A stretch of DNA of 64,000 nucleotides from Octopus vulgaris (lineage: Eukaryota), in the NCBI GenBank assembly GCA_951406725.2, contig OX597821.1, positions 29,326,001 to 29,390,000 of the forward strand, written 5' to 3'. The position numbers and the translations under genes are program-made. The notes beneath the pieces were generated by a model. That model did not search any database, had not been told where the DNA came from, and saw only the letters and a program-made list of their open reading frames with translations. Of this stretch, positions 14,045-27,069 are shown piece after piece; position 1 is the first letter of the stretch, and every line of letters starts with the position of its first letter.

Positions 14045-14369
14045 AGAGAATTAGAACGGGATTATAGTGAATGGACTTAACCACAGTATAATTGAAAGTA
14101 CGTCATTCATTGATGATAGGCATCCTGGAAATTAGAGCAGTGAGCCACCAAATTACATATCAGAAGCCATCCTCTGGCTCAGCACAGGGATGTGCTATTC
14201 TTCTTCTCTTTTGCTGATTCCAGTCTTTGGACCAAGGTCAGACTGGAGCACTGTTTACAAAGGATTTAAATTCATCTTCCTGTTACTTACTACCTGCCTA
14301 GTAATTATTTCCTTTCAGCTTGGTAGGTATCTAATTGATCTTTCCATTTTTGTTTTTTTCATCTCGTTT

Positions 14370-14660
14370 CAATGACTGGACTACGACCAAGCAGGGTCAC
14401 TGTCTTGAAGGGTTTTAGTAATGCAAATCAACCCTAGTACTTATTTATAAATTTTGGTCCTTATTTTATTGGTCTATTGCTGAACAGCTAAGTTGTAGGG
14501 ACAGAAACAAACCAAAAGCCGTCGTCAAGAAGTGGGTGGTAGGGATAAACACAGCCACATAGGCGCATGCACTCTGAGTGGAAGGCACTTTCCCAAAGCG
14601 CCACATGGTGGGACCAAACACAAAAACACATAGTTGCAAAGCAATATCCATGACAATACC
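14370..14660 (-). mobile_element. Diverged family A SINE with internal deletion
   Basis: Degenerate match to the family A 3' half and head (GGTCTATTGCTGAACAGCTAAG...CACTTTCCCAAAGCGCCAC...GTGGGACC). Confidence 0.55.
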
Positions 14661-14949
14661 TATTTTTATACATAAACTGCATCACAAACATAGCACCATC
14701 TTTCTAAAATCAGTGTAAAATACACACACGCATGCATACGTGTGTGCACACACACACACATAAATGTAGACACACACGCAGCTATCAATTGTTAGAGCAT
14801 GGAAGGAACACTTTGCAGATTTTGCATAAGTTCTTTGTACTTTGAGATCAAATATTGCTGAAGCCCACTTGGCCTCTCATCTTTTGGGGAACGATAAAAA
14901 AAAAAAAGAAAACAAAAGTTCAAGTCCAATGCTGGTGCAGACCTTCTTT

Positions 14950-15345
14950 CCTATCAAATGTCACATCCTGGATGTATCGCAGTATCAGGGATGAGAGTGC
15001 TAAAAGGTCTGATGTGTGCTTACAACTACTTAAGCACCTGAGAGAATTTGTGAACCGATGGAAAATGAACCTCCACCAACTATTCTGCCTGCATGTCTGT
15101 GCACACCTTTGAATGCAATGCATGGCAGAAGGTCTGCAAATCTAATGGAGGCCTTAAAAGACATTTTAAGATCCACAAAGGTCAGAACTTATCTGCAGCT
15201 CTTGGTGATCCAAATCAGCTATGCAATCTGTGTGGGTGCAGTTCTGAACATTGTCTGGTTTGAAAAGCCACATCAGATGCCATGATGGTTCTAAGGTGTA
15301 AGTACAGGAGGTGGTCAAACTCTGCATAGGTAGTAGACAACCACC
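14950..15345 (+). pseudogene. Decayed fragment with two C2H2 zinc fingers, probably a LINE (RTE-like) C-terminus
   Basis: From 15102: HTFECNAWQKVCKSNGGLKRHFKIH (second Cys replaced by Trp), then CNLCG..., a frameshift, and SGLKSHIRCH...* at about 15300. Confidence 0.6.
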
Positions 15346-16806
15346 ATATATATATATATTTATATATTCATATATATATATATATATATATATATAACGG
15401 GAAGCTTTATGAAAATAGACAAAAGACGAAGGCAGGTGGAAAACAAACGAACAATTGAACGTCATGGTTTACTACTACTATCAAGCTTAATTCAAACTAA
15501 TAGCAGAGGAAAATTCCTCTTTGAACAATGTCATATTTATATACCCTGAAGAAATCAACTGCTTCATATAAATATGCAACAATATGCAATTAGTGCAATC
15601 GAAGCATGTGGCAGACAATTACCAACAGTAAATAAGCATAAAGCTTAAATGTTCAAATTCTTCATTCTCCTTATTATCAATATTGTACTTTACACTCTAA
15701 GCAGCCAAGAAATAAACTGTAACATTGGATGGGAGTTAAAGGAAATTTACCATAAAATGCACCATCCGAAGGAACCAGCTTTGGCATTTTACATACAGAA
15801 ATTCAGTATTTGCCTGGATATTATATCCTTCCTCTTACTATATATATATATGTGAGGGTATGAAGAAATGAAAGAAGGTAGCACTCAACACATTTAGTTA
15901 TAGTTTTAAGCATTAAATAATCTATGTCTTAGCCTGCGTACACACACACTATTTATACTATTCAGAAAAATAAAAGACATTAGTAGAAAATTGTACAGAA
16001 GAAAATATATTTCATATATCCAGCTTAAAGTGGTGAGTGAACTTATTACTACATATATACATATACACTACATTTTAAAAGTGAAAGTAAAAATGTTATA
16101 TAATGCATAAGGTGTACGGATGCTGATATCAATGATATAAATAAGCATATATACACATACACAAGCATAAATATATAAATACACATACAAAAAAATAACA
16201 TGTACCTGTGAGTGTGTTAGTATGTATGAATGTATATGTATTTGGCATTATAGTACAAAGAGAGACAGTAGAAGTATTAGTCGATGTTATGTAGTCTGGA
16301 ATTACCAATACTTTAAGTTCTCTAGATTGTGGACAGCAGCAATCATAACGGTTAATAGAAGATGATGTCGACTCAAGAGATGGTGAAACATTATATGATG
16401 TGTTCTGAATAGTGTGAAAGAACAAATGTTATAGAATATTTGATAGCAAATGAAGATACAAATATTATGCAGTATATCCCAAATGATTTGATTTTGTTCA
16501 AATAGATGTACTTGTGTTTGTGTGTGTTCTTTGATTTCATGTATTTGTGTAGTCAACAGTATGTATGTATGTGTGTGTGTACATATGTCCGTATGTATGT
16601 ACATACGTATGTATCTATGTATGTATGTATGTGCATGTATGAATTGTAAAGTGTGTGTGTATAGTATATATTCGTTTCACCTTGTCTACATCAGTATACA
16701 TAAGTATGAGTGAGGCTACTCTACATGAGTAATAATGAGCACTTTAAGTGTGATGTTTGCAGGTGAGTATATTTCTTCATATGGCTATATTTTGAAGTGC
16801 ATGTAA

Positions 16807-16869
<63 letters not shown>

Positions 16870-16900
16870 CATGCACATATACATACATACATTCATACAT

Positions 16901-16933
<33 letters not shown>

Positions 16934-17419
16934 GACAATAAGTAAGAGCTGGCTTAAAGTCTTTGTCCAGCCAAAGCCCATGCTGACAAGAATGGCTATA
17001 AGAAGCATAGAAATTGAGCTGATATGGAGGCAGTAATGGAGGTAAACACGTAATGCTTGCTATAAATATATTTACATGAAACACAGAAACAAAGATTCAG
17101 AAAAAGATTTTTAAAAAAAGTATATAATTTCAAAACTCAACAGCTGTTTCAGAAACCTCAGAATTACATTTTCTGTGCTCCATGTAAATACATTCCTATC
17201 AAGCCGAACTGTACTATCTCCATTACAAACTCTCCTTCTCTCTTTCTCTCTCTGTTATGTGTGTGTGTGCATAGCAGTCTAAGGAAAAGGGTTCACTTCT
17301 CAAATGCACAGTTTCAGGTTAGCCCCACAGTGTAGAACTTTGGTTAATTATCCTCTGGTAAAATTTTCAATGGGTTTAAGAAGCTGAATGAAGAACATTG
17401 TTTGTATGTATTTATATAC

Positions 17420-17460
<41 letters not shown>

Positions 17461-17776
17461 TATGCACATATGTGGGGGGGGGGGGAGGCCTGTGCGATAA
17501 AGAAGTTCAGTTTGTAACCATGTGGTTTCAGCTTCAATCCCACTGCATGGCACCTTGGGCATGTTCCTTGTACTCATAGCCTTGAGCAATAAATATTAGG
17601 AGAAAGAAATTTGGGAGAAACTGTACAGAAATATAGTGTGTGTGCACATGTATGAGTGTGTATGTGCATGAATGTGTGGGTGTGTGTGTCTGTGTGTGTG
17701 TATATGTGTGTTTCCCTGTGTTGTCACACTGACATCGCATAGACAGCAATAATATTTGTTAGTGTCCTGACAAGTG

Positions 17777-17850
17777 GAATACCTTCTTTGAAAGAGAATA
17801 CCTTCTTTGAAAGAGAATACCTTCTTTGAAAGAGAATACCTTCTTTGAAA
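17777..17850. repeat. Perfect 19-bp tandem repeat, about 3.9 copies
   Basis: GAATACCTTCTTTGAAAGA x3 plus GAATACCTTCTTTGAAA. Confidence 0.95.
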
Positions 17851-18521
17851 AGCATGTAAGGGTCGACATCTAGAAAGGCATCCATCAATGTAATACTGTC
17901 TCAGTAAGACTTGTCAAATCCATGACAGCCAAGAAAAAGAACTGGGAATAAAAAAGGGCAGGTGCTTAGAGGATGAGGGCATGTGTGTAAGTTATTGTGT
18001 ACTGAAACTTCAGAGATCATTACTCAGAGTTACTCGTTACCACTATATGTAATGATTGAAACATGTTTCAGAGATAGAGACTGAGTAACAAGAAGTGCAC
18101 ATTTGTGAAGTTTCAGATCCATCTAAATTATATCCATCTACTTTCAATATTGAGTGCTTCTCGTCTTGTATCAGGGTTTACTATGCCTTTACATCCACCC
18201 GTTTGTTTATTTATTTATTTATTTGTAATGGACCTACAAAAAGAGCAGTATTGGGGAAGACATAAGAAATGGTGGAGTCTTATCTCAGGGTGTTGAGCCT
18301 TGCATTAAGTTCATCATAATGAGACCCCTTTTTGTCAAGAGATCAAGGCAAGTGATGGGATTTTGTGCTGGAGAAGACCTTTAGAAGTATGGAAAAATGG
18401 CTGTACAATACATAGAAGCATGGGAAATGAGTAGAGAGAATGATGATGACATTGATAGAAAACTCATTTTACCATTTGGCCATGTTTCTGCAGGTTTGGC
18501 ATTGTGTACATTCATACGCAT

Positions 18522-18722
18522 ATAACACTTTTACTACCATACTGTTGCTCAATACACCCCCTTTCATTCAATTAATTTTGGAAATGATGTAAAATATTTT
18601 CTGATATTAAAATTTATTGTTATTTGGCTGATATTTAAAACACAAATCTGCGTGAAATTTTTAATGGGAAGTTTTAATTTAGATCACTTTAAATCAGTAA
18701 GTTTGAACCATAGAACCAAAAA
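18522..18722 (+). mobile_element. Diverged MITE-like dispersed repeat
   Basis: Reverse-complement similarity to 21483-21700 (GAAGTTTTAATTTAGATCACTTT...TAGAACC versus GGTTCTA...AAAGTGAACTAAATTTAAACCTTC). Confidence 0.5.
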
Positions 18723-19419
18723 AAGCATTAAATATCTGTGTAACTCTTTAATACTTGTTTTCTGTTATGCTCGTAAACATCGTCCAACATTTTACATCAT
18801 TACTACTCTAAGCTTAACTTCACATTTGGCTGCTTTGGGTTGGGCTGGTTTGGCAATACTGTTGTGGTGGATGAACTGAGGACATAATTTTAAGTCATCA
18901 GGGTTGACCACACTCTGGTCTTCAGACCAACTATGTATAGACTCCAGTCATAGAATGCAAACTTGCTCTGATATCACATCTGTCACCAGACAAATAAATA
19001 GCAGATGTCAGTGAACAACAATAGTTCATGACATGAGCTGAACTACAGGAAACCAGTTATAAGAACAGTAATTCAAATAATTCTTCGAGTAAATATGTAA
19101 ATATTTATAATCTACTGTTGATTCCACAGCTGCTGCTTTTGCTCCTGAGTAACATCAGGTAAACTCTACTTGCAGTCTCCAGGATGGAAGGAATTAACTA
19201 GCGGATTAACAGTTGTGTAAAGAGATGAATCACTACTGAATAACCAAGCTGTTTGGCATCTTCTGTGACAACGGTTTATATAGTACCAATACATAAAAGA
19301 GGAGAGAGAGCCAAGTTGAGGAAACAGTAGTTTGTTTGACAAAACTATTAAATAGCTTCAGAATGGGAAAATGACAGCTTCACAGAATGGCATGTTAAAC
19401 AGCATAATTGCATTCTAGT

Positions 19420-19630
19420 AGAATGGTTAAAATGACAAACTGATAGAATGACATATAAGTAGAAGAGGAAAGTGGCAGAATGGCAGGCTCACAAGATGGT
19501 AGAGTGGCAGAATTGCAAAATGGTAGATCCACAAAATGGTAGAATGGTAAATTGGTAGAACATCAGATTGATAGAAAAGCATAACAGAAGAATTGTAAAA
19601 CTGTATAATGTCAGAAAGACAGAATGGTGC
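19420..19630. repeat. Degenerate ~11-bp minisatellite (AATGGTAGA-like)
   Basis: Recurrent AGAATGG / AAATGGTAG / GTGGCAGAAT units. Confidence 0.6.
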
Positions 19631-20959
19631 CAAAGCAGGTGTTTCACCATCTTTAACAAAGAAATACAAAGAATAAAAAACTAGCAATGGGAGGGGAAGA
19701 TAAAACAGGATTTTGCTGTTGTTGTGATTGCTTCTCTTTCTTTTTGTATATTACTGGAGGTGTCTTTTCATCTCAAAACCATTATTGTCAACTGTTGTTG
19801 TTGTTATTATCATTACCAGAGGATCCTTTGCTATTGTCATCATTGCAGTTATATTCATTTACAACCATTTAGAACTACTGATGCTGTAGTCGTTGTTATT
19901 GTTATCATCCTCATCATTACTGTAACTACTGGTGTTCTTGAAGTAATAATCATTGTCTCTACAGTTGTTGTTGTCATTGTTCCGACTGTTGTTTAGTTGT
20001 TATAATTGTTGTTGTTGTTGTTGTCACCATTGTTAGCAATGCTTTTCACATTGAAAGCTGTCTCCAGTTTTCTATCACTGACACTGTAGCTGCTGCTGCT
20101 TTTGTTGTTGTCATCACAGAGGCCTTCTGCTGTGGCGGTTGTAGTTGCCGTTGTTGTGAAGTGTAGAGTGTGTGGTGGTTGGATGAAGAGCCTGTCATCA
20201 GTGACAAAGATGTAATTATAATAATGATGGCTTGCTTTTGTTTGTATGCTTATTTTTGCATTCACATAAAATACACCTGCTTTAGCGTCTCTTTCTGTTT
20301 CTCATGTCATGTATACACACACACACACATATAAAGATAGACAACATAGGAACACAGAAACTCTCTCACTCTCTCTCTCTCTCACACACACACAAAAGAA
20401 TACAGTGAATACAATACATCAAATATCTGCAGAAAATCTTTAGAAAATATTACTAAAGAGGAAATAAATACTTGTAGAACTACTAAAAGAACTGATAAGT
20501 AAATACACACACATGCATCGATATATATATATATATATATATGCATATGCATATGCATATGTATATATATATGTATATATATACACACACACACATATAT
20601 AATGTTTATACTGAGTCATTCATGTGGGAAAAGTGTATTAGACTCAGTGTAACGAATATCCTTTATGATTTTACCATCAAACAGCATGGTTAAGTAACTT
20701 TGTTGCCTTTTTTATAATCATAGTGTGTTCCATAATCCACTGGGGGTTGGGATTCTACTGTAAACTTCATTCTCATCTGGTTTTATCCCTATAATTAAAT
20801 TCATCTTTCTCCAAGCTGTTTCCTAGTCTACATTAAAGGCTGAAATCAAAACACTTGCAGTACTCTTACAAGTAAGTGCTTCAGTTGTTTTCAGAACTTA
20901 AGTTGAACTTTGCTATGGAACTTATTAACAGGTAGGTGAATTGAGCTATTGAAATATAC

Positions 20960-21190
20960 ATTTCTTTACTACCCACAAGGGACTAAATATAGAGGGGACA
21001 AACAAGGACAGACAAACGTATTAAGTCGATTACATCGACCCCAGTGCAAAACTGGTACTTTATTTATCAACCCCGAAAGGATGAAAGGCAAAGTCGTCCT
21101 CGGCGGAATTTGAACTCAGAACGTAACGGTAGACAAAATACCGTTAAGCATTTCGCCCGGCGTGCTAACGATTCTGCCAGCTCGCCGCCC
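20960..21190 (-). mobile_element. tRNA-derived SINE, family C, full length
   Basis: Head GGCGGCGAGCTGGCAGAATCGTTAG...GAGTTCAAATTCCGCC (A and B boxes). TSD ATTGAAATATA at 20948-20958 and 21192-21202. Second copy at 52006-52234. Confidence 0.92.
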
Positions 21191-21482
21191 AATTGAAATA
21201 TATCTTAGCTAAACTTATTGTGCAAAGCTGCCCAAACTATCATCACCCCATCTTGCTTTTGGGTACCTTTAGAAAACTTCACTTCCAAACAAACATTAAT
21301 GTCCAGATCTCCTGATTGATAATAGTTTCCCCACTTCCTTTCCTCTCCACCAGTCTTGAGAACTATGGAAAAATGGTTATGACCACTGCAATTCTTCTGA
21401 TTAAACCCTAAAATTTATTTATCAATCACTGATGTTGTAGTTAAATGCCCTACCAAGCTCACCAGCTGTAAACTTGGCCTTT

Positions 21483-21700
21483 TACACCTTTGATACAAAC
21501 CTGTTTAAAACTGCTTCTGGTTCTACAACACGAATCCCCTGTTATAAAAGTGAACTAAATTTAAACCTTCAACCAAAATTTTATGGTAATTTAAGTTCCA
21601 AAAACCAAATGAATTATCATGAAGATATTTCACTAATTTCAAAATTATTTGAATCAAAGGCAGTGAACTTCAACAGAGAAATGGTAACGAAAGAGGGAAT
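21483..21700 (-). mobile_element. Diverged MITE-like dispersed repeat (possibly piggyBac-type ends)
   Basis: Matches 18522-18722 in reverse. Degenerate terminal inverted motifs CCTTTGATAC / GTAACGAAAG. Confidence 0.5.
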
Positions 21701-22910
21701 ACCACCTAAGCTACAAACTGGCTAGAAATAGCAGTACAATCTCTCTCAAACTATATTTTCTTTCTAAGAAGTAGGAACAACTACTCAATAAGAAGATAAA
21801 AGTTTTTAACAATAAAAAGAAAATAGTAGTTTAGCTACTACCTTTTTAAAAATTAAAACAGATGCCTTGGGGTAATGAAATCTGAAGTACAGCATGCTAA
21901 AACAAAAAGATAGAAGGACTAAGGTTGAAGGAAGAGAAGTTAATCTTGATGAATTCTTCATTAACACTGCAACAGGCCATTTCATTATTTGTCCTAAGCA
22001 GCCTAAGAGACCTTTGTGATTCTAATTTTACAAGATTAAAAGCATATGGATATAAGTCTGCATGTGTGTGTGTGTGTGTGTGTATACATGCACACATACA
22101 CAACCATACAGAAATCTACCAGGAATTTTGAAAATTACGTGGCTGAACTACATGTTGAATTTTAGAACATTTTTATAGATTCATTCTCTTCTGGTTAAAT
22201 ATATTCCTAAAGTTCTCAAAAACTCACCCCTTTCTTTGCAAGAAAACTGTGAGTCTATCTCTTAGAATAATTATAGTTACAAATATAAATTCTAAATTTA
22301 GTTAGAGAAACTGTAGGTTCTGAAACAGTTGGCCTTAAAAATCCTCTTTCTCAGTGGTTTTCAAATAAAGGCTTACAGTTTCAGGTAAGCTGACCTCTAT
22401 AATAGTACATAACTTTTTTTTTTTTTTTCCTTCATCTAAAAACAGATATATCAGGCTTTGTATATTTGCTTTTAGCAGCAGTTTTGATTGGAATGCTCCA
22501 CCGATATTCTTTGTTTTGAAATATATGCATTCACCAGAAATATTTAGTATATGTGTGTCTATACACAACACACACACACATATATATATATCAGGGCCAG
22601 ACTTTTCCTATGGATGGAATTCTATATTGTTTTTAACAACAACTAAACTGGAAGGTAGTACCTTAATGACATTCTTCCGGAGCTGTTGATCACATATGTA
22701 ACATGTTCCAAAGGAATGTGACCTAATCAACAGTTTCGGCAGCATCTCAGTGGTTTTTGAGCTCTTCACTGTCTATTTTGTGCTGTAGGTATTTTGTAGC
22801 TATTTCCTGTTCTTGGATTGAAAAACAAATAGTTTTTGAACTGCAATGTGATGCAACATGCGAATTTATCTATGCGCATTCATATTGTAACAACTGTGTG
22901 TGTATATATA

Positions 22911-22964
22911 TCATCATCATCATCATCGTTTAACGTCCGCTTTCCATGCTAGCATGGGTTGGAC
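22911..22964 (-). mobile_element. Extremely 5'-truncated family D 3' tail
   Basis: (CAT)n-CGTTTAACGTCCGCTTTCCATGCTAGCATGGGTTGGAC, embedded in (TA)n. Confidence 0.85.
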
Positions 22965-23947
22965 ATATATATACATATATATACATACATACGTATATAT
23001 ATTCATATATACATATATATATTCACATATACATATATATATTCACATATACATATATATATTCACATACACATATATATATTCATATATATATATATTC
23101 ATATATATATATATATATATACATATATACATACATACATACATATATATATTCATACATACATATATATATTCATATATATACATACATATACATACAT
23201 ACATACATACATAGATATATGTGTATATATATGCATGTATAAGTTATATGTATGCATTCAGATATGTTCATTTATTCATTCATATACCAGGGCAAATGAC
23301 TTTCTAGCTAGAGGAAAATCTCTCACAACTCCATATGCCACCAACTATCTCTTTCAGTCTGGCTTTCTTTTCATTTCAAAGATATATTTATGTGTGCATG
23401 AAAGTGTGCATGTGTGTGCATGTATACATGCATTCAGGCACAGGCAGAGGCATGGCTATAGGGCTGGATTGGTTGTGTGCTAAAAAGTTTGCTTCACAAC
23501 CACATGGTATTAGGTTCAGTTCTACTGTGTAGCACCTTGAAAAAGTGGCTTCTATTACAGACTTGGGCCAACCAAAGGAGCTCAGTGTGTGTGTGTGTGT
23601 GTGTGTGTTGCTGTCTCCTTGTCTTGACATCATGTCAAAGCCACAAACAAGTGTTACTGACATGTAAACAGTGCCCTTTTGTTTTCCATCTTCCGTGGAA
23701 ACATGCCTGATCTCAAAGAAACATTACTCAACATGGAAGCAGGTGAGGGATGGCATTAAGAAGGGCATCAGGTTGTACAAAATCTGCCTCAACAAAATTT
23801 CTGTTTGGCTCATATGAATATTAACAAGATGATGATAGCGGTAAAAAAACACATACACACACCTATATCCCCAAAACACAAGTCAGAACCAAGTAGAGAG
23901 AATGTGCTGGCAAGTCATGATCCAAGTAAATAAACACCTGAATAAAA

Positions 23948-23948
<1 letters not shown>

Positions 23949-23991
<43 letters not shown>

Positions 23992-23996
23992 ATGTA

Positions 23997-24048
<52 letters not shown>

Positions 24049-24318
24049 CATATATATATGTATATATACATATATATATATATACATACATATATATAGA
24101 TGTATATATACATACATATATATATACATATATATATATACACATATATATACACACATATATATACATATATATATATATACACATATATATACACATA
24201 TATATACACATATATATATACACATATATATATACATATATATATATATACACACATATATACACATATATATATACACACATATATACACATATATATA
24301 TACACACATATATACACA

Positions 24319-24358
<40 letters not shown>

Positions 24359-24490
24359 TATACATATACATATATATACATCTATATATATATATCTATC
24401 TATACATCTATATATATACATCTATCTATTTATCTATATATATACATCTATCCATTTATCTATATATATATATATATCACACACACACAT
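23949..24490. repeat. Compound (TA)n/(CA)n microsatellite
   Basis: Visible directly; it is the source of the YIYI ORFs. Confidence 0.95.
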
Positions 24491-25384
24491 AATATGGATG
24501 TACATATTTCATATAAGGAATTTTCTTAGATGTACTTACAAGATATCAAATTTGAAATGTATGAATAATGGTTGAACCAAGAAATAAAAAAAATTCACAT
24601 TATTCTAACAAATGTTAGATATGTAAGTAATTTCAAATGAAATGAAAGCAGGTCACAGGTTTCAATAGAATGGGATCTGATCGCTTCAGGACAGCCATCC
24701 ATTACACTGTGAAAGATAACATTTAGTAAACTTATCCCCAAGAGAAGTAAGTAAGTATTCATATGATATATCAAATATGAGACAGTAATGTAGTGTTTTA
24801 AAAACTATTGTGAGGAAATAAGCAAACAGTGAAAGAAATACCTCAAATATGAAGGAAAAAAAATATAAAGAGAGAAATTATTTAGGAAATAATCCCCATT
24901 GTGGATATAAATATTGACTGAAATATCTTAGGAATTATGTATGAAGGGAAACAAATATTTATACAGAGTTTTTCAAGTGTGGAAGAGAATGTGCGGAAAA
25001 TATTTATGCCTAGTGTGGTAGACAAACAATGACACAATACTCAAACTGGTGAGATGGAGTATTTATGTAAGTTAGCTAAAATTGGAAATAAACATGTAAT
25101 ACTCAAGGATACGAATACCACGTTACACACTCACACACACATATTTATAAATATGTATATAATGCAAAGACACACACACTGCAAATGAAAATTCTGATGA
25201 CAATGGTAGTGATGGTGATGATGGTGGTGTGGTAATGATGATGATGAAATCTCCATTAACATACTGTTTTGTCAAACCACATCTGAAAAATTTCATTTTC
25301 ATATCAACCTGTTAATATATGATCAATCAGACCTATTCTATTGTCAAACATGTTCCAGTTGTGATGGCCATCTTCTATTCAGAG

Positions 25385-25500
25385 TTAAAGTTCATGGGTT
25401 CAATTCCTGAACTAGGCGATATGTTATGTCTTTGAGCAAGGAACTTCATTTCATGTTGCTCCAGTCAAACTCAAATGAAAACAAGCACCAGCCAACTGCT
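25385..25500 (+). mobile_element. SINE fragment (B box plus shared central domain)
   Basis: GGGTTCAATTCCTG...TTTGAGCAAGGAACTTCATTTCATGTTGCTCCAGT. Confidence 0.55.
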
Positions 25501-25913
25501 AGGGAGAATTTATTGAAATAGATGTTCTATGGCTGGATGCCCTTCTTGTTGCCAAACCTAACCTATTTCCAAGCATGGCCAGACATGTTTATGCAGTACA
25601 TAAGAAATGAATTACACTGTTTTTATGACAGGGACCTCATTTACAACTATCAAGTGATGTAAAGAACAGACAAACACACACACATTATGGGCTTCTTTTA
25701 CCTTCCGTTGACCAAATCCACATACAAGGCTGTAACACTTGCACAAGGTGGCATGCAGTGTAACTAAACCAGAAACCATGTAGTTAGGAAGCAAACTTCT
25801 TAACCACACTGTCATATCTGCACCTTTCTCTCTGTCTGTCTGTCTGTCTGTCTGTATGTATGTATGAATGAATGAATGAATGAATGAATGAATGAATGAA
25901 TGAATGTATATAT

Positions 25914-26197
25914 GTGGTTAGGGTAGCAGACTCACGGTTGTAGGGTCGCGGTTTCGATTCCCAGACCGGGCATTATGAGTGTTTATTGAGTGAAAATACC
26001 TAAAGCTCCACGATGCTCCAGCAGGGGGGGGGGGTGATCCCTGCTGTACTCTTTCGCCGCAAATTTCTCTCACTCTTTCTTCAGTTGGCCTGCTCGCTTA
26101 GCCAGCGGGGTGACGTCATTTGAAGGCTAAAACAATGCAATGCACATTGTGGCCAACGATGTGTAGCAACATGTGATAGCCTGGTAGGTCATGTGAT
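25914..26197 (+). mobile_element. tRNA-derived SINE, family B
   Basis: GTGGTTAGGGTAGCAGACTC...GGTTTCGATTCCCAGACCGGG; colinear with the reverse complement of 9020-9296. Confidence 0.85.
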
Positions 26198-26231
26198 ATA
26201 TATGTGTGTATATATATATATATATATAAAT

Positions 26232-26430
26232 TCTTTTATTTCTTTCAGTCATTTGACTGCAGCCATGCTAGAGCACTGTCTTTATTTGAACAATTCAACC
26301 CCAGGACTTATTCTTTGTAATCCTAGTACTTATACTATCGGTCTCTTTTGCCGAACGGCTAAGTTACGGGGACATAAACACACCAACATTGGTCACCAAG
26401 CGAGAGTGGGATTACAAAAACAGACACACT
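26232..26430 (-). mobile_element. Family A SINE, 3' half only
   Basis: TTTCAGTCATTTGACTGCAGCCATGCTAGAGCAC...TATCGGTCTCTTTTGCCGAAC. Confidence 0.8.
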
Positions 26431-26433
26431 CAC

Positions 26434-26487
<54 letters not shown>

Positions 26488-26523
26488 ATATTTGTGTGTG
26501 TGTATATATATATATATAGATGC

Positions 26524-26563
<40 letters not shown>

Positions 26564-26613
26564 TTGTGTTATATATATATATATATATACATACATATAT
26601 ATATGTATTGAAC

Positions 26614-26719
26614 GACACAGATAAGGAAATAATTCTATTCTCAAACGCAGGATAATGCTAATAATATATTATTAGCATTATCCTGCATTTGAGAATAAAG
26701 TTAGTTACTTATCTGTGTC
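26614..26719. repeat. ~106-bp imperfect palindrome
   Basis: GACACAGATAAG...GCAGGATAATGCTAATAATA|TATTATTAGCATTATCCTGC...CTTATCTGTGTC. Confidence 0.9.
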
Positions 26720-26784
26720 TTTCCACACATCTCAATGCTTCTAAAGTAAACTTTGCCAGTTGACTTTTAAAGTGAGTTGAATTC

Positions 26785-26815
<31 letters not shown>

Positions 26816-26975
26816 CTGTGTTTGTGTGTGAATGTATGTATGGGTGTGTGTGTATATATATGTATGTATATATATATATGTATGTCAAAATATTTATATA
26901 TATTTATATGTGTATATATATAGACATATATACACACATATATATATATACACACACACATATATAGACATACAC

Positions 26976-27018
<43 letters not shown>

Positions 27019-27069
27019 CATATGTGTGTATGTATATATGTGTGTGTATATATATATATATTAATATAG

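Noticed and set aside
17130-17215. Minus-strand GAAACAGCTGT palindrome resembling a hammerhead stem III
   Set aside because: The CUGANGA core and stem I cannot be built.
17777-17850. Short direct repeats resembling a CRISPR array
   Set aside because: The units are contiguous with no spacers, no cas genes are present and the context is eukaryotic.
20960-21190. tRNA gene calls for SINE heads
   Set aside because: A and B boxes are present, but they run into repeated non-tRNA bodies with tails and TSDs, so these are SINEs.
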